From the NCBI GenBank assembly GCA_963806035.1, contig CAWDWO010000032.1, positions 1 through 64,000 on the forward strand: a stretch of 64,000 nt of DNA, read 5' to 3'. Position 1 is the stretch's first letter. Each line of letters opens with the position of its first letter. This stretch comes from Candidatus Krumholzibacteriota bacterium. GTDB lineage: Bacteria; Krumholzibacteriota; Krumholzibacteriia; JAJRXK01. The notes below the pieces were generated by a model that worked only from the letters and a program-made list of their open reading frames with translations, was not told where the DNA came from and made no database searches. Shown here piece by piece: positions 58,589-64,000 of this stretch. A program made the position numbers and the translations under genes.

Positions 58589-59294
58589 GCAGCAGGGTCT
58601 TGGGATCGAGTTCGATGTGCAGGTCGGCCACGTCGGGATTCTCGTGGTCCTTGACGAGTTGCAGCCGCACCTCGTTGCCCTTGGAGACCAGGCGCACCAC
58701 CACCGAGAGGTACTCCAGGTAGGGCTGCAGGCGCAGCGGCACTCCCAGTTCGTCGCGCTCATCCTCGCGGTGACCCTGCGCGGAGATCCAGATCTGGGTC
58801 TCGCTCTCCTGGGCCATCTTCTTGACCGCGGTGAGACTCTCGGTGAGCTCGTCGGGACCCAGCTGTTCCCAGGCGGGGAAGCCGTCCAGGATGATGCAGC
58901 TGGGCACGAAGTCGATGTGCTCCTTCATGTAGATCATGGCCTGCTGGAGGCGCTCCAGGCTGAAGGAGCCGTGCAGGAAGCTGTGGATCATGCGGCGGCG
59001 TTCCACCTGCAGGTGCACTTCGGTGCGGTCCTCCAGCCCCGTTCCCTGCGCGAGATCGCGGAAGACTTCCTCGTAGTACTCGCGCACCCGCTCCGCGGTG
59101 TGCTCGGTGTCGACGTGGAGGACTTTCTCCCCGCCCATGCAGACGTCCAAGCCCACGTCCACCAGAAAGGCGGTCTTGCCCACCCCGGCGCGGCTCATGA
59201 CCAGGCCGATGTTGCCCCGACCCAGGCCGCCGTGGATGGAGCGCTCGAAGACCCTCAGAGGGCTCCGGTTCTTGAGATCCTTGCCGTAGATCAT
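58575..59294 (-). CDS. RecA/KaiC-like P-loop ATPase
   Basis: GGLGRGNIGLVMSRAGVGKT Walker A; IILDG Walker B. Confidence 0.85.
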   Translation of the reverse strand: MIYGKDLKNRSPLRVFERSIHGGLGRGNIGLVMSRAGVGKTAFLVDVGLDVCMGGEKVLHVDTEHTAERVREYYEEVFRDLAQGTGLEDRTEVHLQVERRRMIHSFLHGSFSLERLQQAMIYMKEHIDFVPSCIILDGFPAWEQLGPDELTESLTAVKKMAQESETQIWISAQGHREDERDELGVPLRLQPYLEYLSVVVRLVSKGNEVRLQLVKDHENPDVADLHIELDPKTLLLKWR

Positions 59295-59306
59295 GCGAAG
59301 ACTCCT

Positions 59307-59366
59307 GTCGGCCAGCTCTTGGTCGGCTGGCTCTTGGTCGCCTGGCTTTCGGTCGCCTAGCTCTTC
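59307..59366. repeat. Four 15-bp tandem units including the fusA stop
   Basis: gtcggccagctcttg / gtcggctggctcttg / gtcgcctggctttcg / gtcgcctagctcttc. Confidence 0.8.
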
Positions 59367-61459
59367 CCGGCGGCGCGTTTCTCCAGCCACTTGGCCCTGA
59401 GTTCCTCGGCCACTTCCTGCGGCGCCTTGCCGTAGCGTTTGAACTCCATGCTGAACTCGGCCTTGCCCTGGGTGCTGCTGCGCAGAATCGTGGCATAACC
59501 GAACATTTCGCTCAAGGGGACCTCGGCGTCGATGCGCACGAAGCCCGCGTCCTCGGTGGTGCCCACGATCATGCCGCGGCGCTGCATCACCGTGGCCAGG
59601 ATCTCGCCCTGGAACTCCGAGGGTCCCTCGACCGAGACCAGCATGATGGGCTCCAGGGCGACCGGCTTGCACTTGAGGTAGTTTTCGCGGAACGCGCCCC
59701 TGGCCGCGGCCTGGAAGGCGGTGTCGCTACTGTCGACCGCGTGGTAGGCGCCGTCCTTCAGGTCGACCTTGATTCCCACCACCGGGTAACCGATGTACTC
59801 GCCGCGGTCCAAAGAAGCCCGGAAGCCCTTCTCCACCGCGCTGATGTACTCGGAGGGAATGCGTCCGCCCACCACGTGGTTCTCGAAGAGGAATTCGCCT
59901 TCCTCTTCCTGCGGTCCCAGGGTTCCCACCACGCGACCGTACTGGCCGCTGCCTCCGGTCTGCTTCTTGTGCACGTAGTCGAAATCCACCGACTGGGTGA
60001 TCGTCTCGCGGAAGGCGACCTGGGGCGCGCCGGTTTCGACTTCGGCCCGGAATTCGCGCTTCATGCGTTCGACGTAGACTTCCAGATGCAGCTCGCCCAT
60101 GCCGGCGATGATGGTGTCGCCCGTCTCCTCGTCGGTGCCGGCGCGGAAAGTGGGATCTTCCTTGGTGAAACGCGCCAGGGCCTTGGCCAGATTTTGCTGG
60201 GCGTTGTTGTCCTTGGGAGTGATGGCCAGCTTGATCACCGGCTCGGGCACGTGCATCGAGCTCATGGAGGCCTCGAAGCTGCCGTCGGTGAAGGTGTCGC
60301 CGCTGGCGCAGTCCACGCCGAAGAGGGCCACGATGTCGCCGGCCTGGGTACCTTCGATGTCCTCCATCTGGTCGGCGTGCATGCGCACCAGGCGGCCCAC
60401 CTTGACGCGATTCCCGCTGCGCATGTTCACGATGGTGTCGCCCTTTTTCAGGGTGCCCTGGTAGACGCGCAGGTAGGTGAGCTGCCCGTAGGGGCTCACC
60501 TCCAGCTTGAAGGCCAGGGAGAGCAGGGGCTTGTCCGGCGAGACCTCGACCGGGAAAGTGACTTCCTCGCCCTTCTCGATGCGCACCGCCTCGTTCTGCA
60601 CTTCGGTGGGATCGGGCAGATAGAGGGTGACCGCGTCCAAGAGCAACTGCACCCCGCGGTTCTTGTAGGCGCTACCCATGAACACCGGAGTGAGTTCGCG
60701 CGCGATGGTGGCGCGTCGCACCGCCTCGTGGATGAGCTCCTCGGTGACCTTGTCCTCCAGCATGGCTTCCATCAGCTCGTCGGAGTGCATGGAGGCCGCA
60801 TCCAGCATCTGCTCGCGTCGCGCCTGCGCCTCGGGCAAGAGACCGGCGGGAATTTCTTCCTCGCGCAGCTTCTCGCCGTTATCCCCGTCGAAGTAGATGG
60901 CCTTCATCTTCACCAGGTCGACCACGCCCTCGTGCTTCGCTTCCAGGCCGATGGGGATCTGCATCATCACCGCGTTGTGCTTGAGCTTCTCGCGCAGCTG
61001 CTCGGTCACCCGCATGGGGTTGGCCCCGGAACGGTCGCACTTGTTGATGAAGGCCAGGCGCGGCACGTTGTAGCGTCGCATCTGCCGGTCGACGGTGATC
61101 GACTGGCTCTGCACGCCGGCCACCGAGCACAGCACCAGCACCGCTCCGTCGAGCACGCGCAGGGCGCGCTCCACCTCGATGGTGAAGTCCACGTGGCCCG
61201 GGGTGTCGATGATGTTGATCTGGTGGTTCTTCCAGGTGCAGTAGGTGGCGGCGGAGGCGATGGTGATCCCACGCTCGCGCTCGAGTTCCATGGAGTCCAT
61301 GGTCGCGCCGACGCCGTCCTTGCCCCGTACCTCGTGGATGGCGTGGATGCGTTGGGTATAAAAAAGGATTCTCTCGGTGAGGGTGGTTTTCCCCGAGTCG
61401 ATGTGCGCGGAGATCCCGATGTTGCGGACCTTCGAGAGATCTGAAGTCACGGTGGACAC
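59357..61459 (-). CDS. fusA: Elongation factor G (stand-alone)
   Basis: [43 protein letters not shown]. Confidence 0.98.
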   Translation of the reverse strand: MSTVTSDLSKVRNIGISAHIDSGKTTLTERILFYTQRIHAIHEVRGKDGVGATMDSMELERERGITIASAATYCTWKNHQINIIDTPGHVDFTIEVERALRVLDGAVLVLCSVAGVQSQSITVDRQMRRYNVPRLAFINKCDRSGANPMRVTEQLREKLKHNAVMMQIPIGLEAKHEGVVDLVKMKAIYFDGDNGEKLREEEIPAGLLPEAQARREQMLDAASMHSDELMEAMLEDKVTEELIHEAVRRATIARELTPVFMGSAYKNRGVQLLLDAVTLYLPDPTEVQNEAVRIEKGEEVTFPVEVSPDKPLLSLAFKLEVSPYGQLTYLRVYQGTLKKGDTIVNMRSGNRVKVGRLVRMHADQMEDIEGTQAGDIVALFGVDCASGDTFTDGSFEASMSSMHVPEPVIKLAITPKDNNAQQNLAKALARFTKEDPTFRAGTDEETGDTIIAGMGELHLEVYVERMKREFRAEVETGAPQVAFRETITQSVDFDYVHKKQTGGSGQYGRVVGTLGPQEEEGEFLFENHVVGGRIPSEYISAVEKGFRASLDRGEYIGYPVVGIKVDLKDGAYHAVDSSDTAFQAAARGAFRENYLKCKPVALEPIMLVSVEGPSEFQGEILATVMQRRGMIVGTTEDAGFVRIDAEVPLSEMFGYATILRSSTQGKAEFSMEFKRYGKAPQEVAEELRAKWLEKRAAGKS

Positions 61460-61579
61460 GGCGTCCTCCTACAGAGCCAAAAATTCTGCCGAAAAACCGG
61501 CGCAAGATAGGTCGATTTGAGGGCTTGGCAAGTTTTTCGACGATCGAGGCGGGCCCACGCCACGCCCAGCCGCCCGGAT

Positions 61580-63066
61580 TCAGCGGCGCAGGACCTTCAG
61601 CAGGGTCCCCGCGGGGATCGAATCCTGGGGCTCATGGCCGTTCAAAAGAGCCAGGCCGCCGCTCCCCAGATCGACGTCCTCGGGAAGGGGCCAGGCCGCG
61701 ACTTGCTCGCTGAAGGGAGCGTTGCGCGTGGTCTTGATGATGTGCAGGGTCACCGGCTTCAGGTTCAGAAGGGCCGGATCGCTGAGGGCAGCGAAACCCT
61801 GCGCCACATTTACGAAAGTAGAGCGAAAACGTTCGAAATCACTGCTGGTGCTCAGACCATGAAAGATGAAGAGATGGTCGCCGCGGTTGATGAAGGTGGA
61901 GACCAGGCTCAAGGGGGTCTGCTGCTCGTCGCTGGCGTGCAGGGTGCCGAACTGCTGGATGGCGGGCCAGCCGCCGATGCTCAGGCTGCGGGTCTGTCCC
62001 ACCGTGACTTCCGCCTTCTGGGCGAAGTCCCGCGCGGCGCTGGCGGGGTCCTGGGCCGCCTCGGCCCCGAAGAACACGGCCGCGTCGCCCTCCGGCGAGG
62101 CCATCTGCACCTGGCTGGAGGTGTTGACCACTTGCCAGCCGCCGGGCACCGGGAAGCGGAAGCGCAGCATGGGGTGCACGAACTCGTCCCCCTTCACCAC
62201 CCCCTGGCGCGGGTCGGTCCCGAAGACGAGGCCCTCCAGCCGGCTCAGGTAGTTGTTGCGCTGCACCCGGAAGGGCCCCGGGAGCTTGCTCTGCCACTCC
62301 TGGGTCAGGGTGTTCACGGTCTGGTAGCGCTCGCCCGGATCGGGATGGGTACTGGTCCAGTTGGCCAGTCCGCTGCTGCCCCCGTAGAGAGAATCCAGAG
62401 TTTGGAAGAAGTCGGCCATCTCGTGGGTGTCGTAGTGCAGCTTGCTGGCGTACTCCACCCCCAAGCGGTCGGCCTGGCGCTCGTCGTCGCGGCTGTACTT
62501 GAGCATCAGGAGCTGCGCGGCCGCCCCGCCCAGCTGCGCGTAGTGGGCCACGGTGGAATTCAGCGCCGCGCCCAAGGAGAGTCCGGCCCCGATCAACACC
62601 TGCTTGGTGTACTGCTGCGCGCTGTGGCGCGCGGCCACGTGCCCCACCTCGTGCCCCATCACTCCGGCCAGGGCGGCCTGGTCGTTGAGGTAGGCCAGGA
62701 TGCCGCGCGTGACGTAGACGTAACCGCCGGGCACGGCGAAGGCGTTCACCACCGAGTCGTCCAGGAGGCGAAACTGGAAACTCTCGTTGGGGACGTGACT
62801 CACCGGGATGATGCTCTGGCCCACGCTGTCCACGTAGGCGGCCAGCTGCTTGTCGTTCACCAGTCCGTACTGATCCACGATCTGCGTGTCGCTGCTCTCG
62901 CCCAGCGATTCCATCTGTGACTCGCTCATCAGCGAGATCTGATGCTTGCCGGTGACGGGATTCACCGCGCAGGCCATGAGCAATGCGGGCAGCAAGAGGA
63001 CGAAGAACCCGCTCCAGCGGGCGCGCTGCCACGCGGCGTCGCGAGCTGCGGGCTGGCTCAGGGAGT

Positions 63067-63070
<4 letters not shown>
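61580..63070 (-). CDS. M48 family zinc metalloprotease lipoprotein
   Basis: LMAC-AVNPVTG, NAFAVPGG, HEVGH, YSRDDERQAD, STHP. Confidence 0.93.

Positions 63071-64000
<930 letters not shown>

Overview
High-GC bacterial chromosomal window, mostly housekeeping genes: PNP, topA, nupC, udk-hpt, guaB, queG, tRNA(CAT)-tilS-ftsH-folP-cdaA, ilvC, gltX-tRNA-Gln, glnS/tRNA-Glu, fusA and mqnE. C-terminal sorting-type motifs suggest an FCB-affiliated candidate phylum such as Krumholzibacteriota or Latescibacterota (inference only). The standout signal is a TetR / multiheme cytochrome c / tandem-rhodanese locus (3980-7191). The cytochrome appears as two ORFs in the track, but they are in the same frame, separated only by a TGA (4872-4874, context GEG*GG) followed by a SECIS-like hairpin. 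This points to a candidate 452-aa selenocysteine-containing lipoprotein with 9-11 hemes, plausibly used in sulfur or selenium redox chemistry. Other notable items: (1) two copies, 48 kb apart, of a module made of a 20-bp palindrome plus four 34-bp-period palindromic repeats; (2) a degenerate CheA-like / sigma54 / HD-GYP signalling cluster; (3) a membrane-anchored TPR-CHAT protease divergent from an ECF sigma and anti-sigma pair, beside secreted S74-chaperone and T9SS-type proteins; (4) a very acidic 67-aa protein. Four genes carry apparent single-base frameshifts (PNP, ftsH 5' end, S74 protein, anti-sigma), which suggests indel errors in the assembly. No CRISPR array, rRNA or transposase was recognised.
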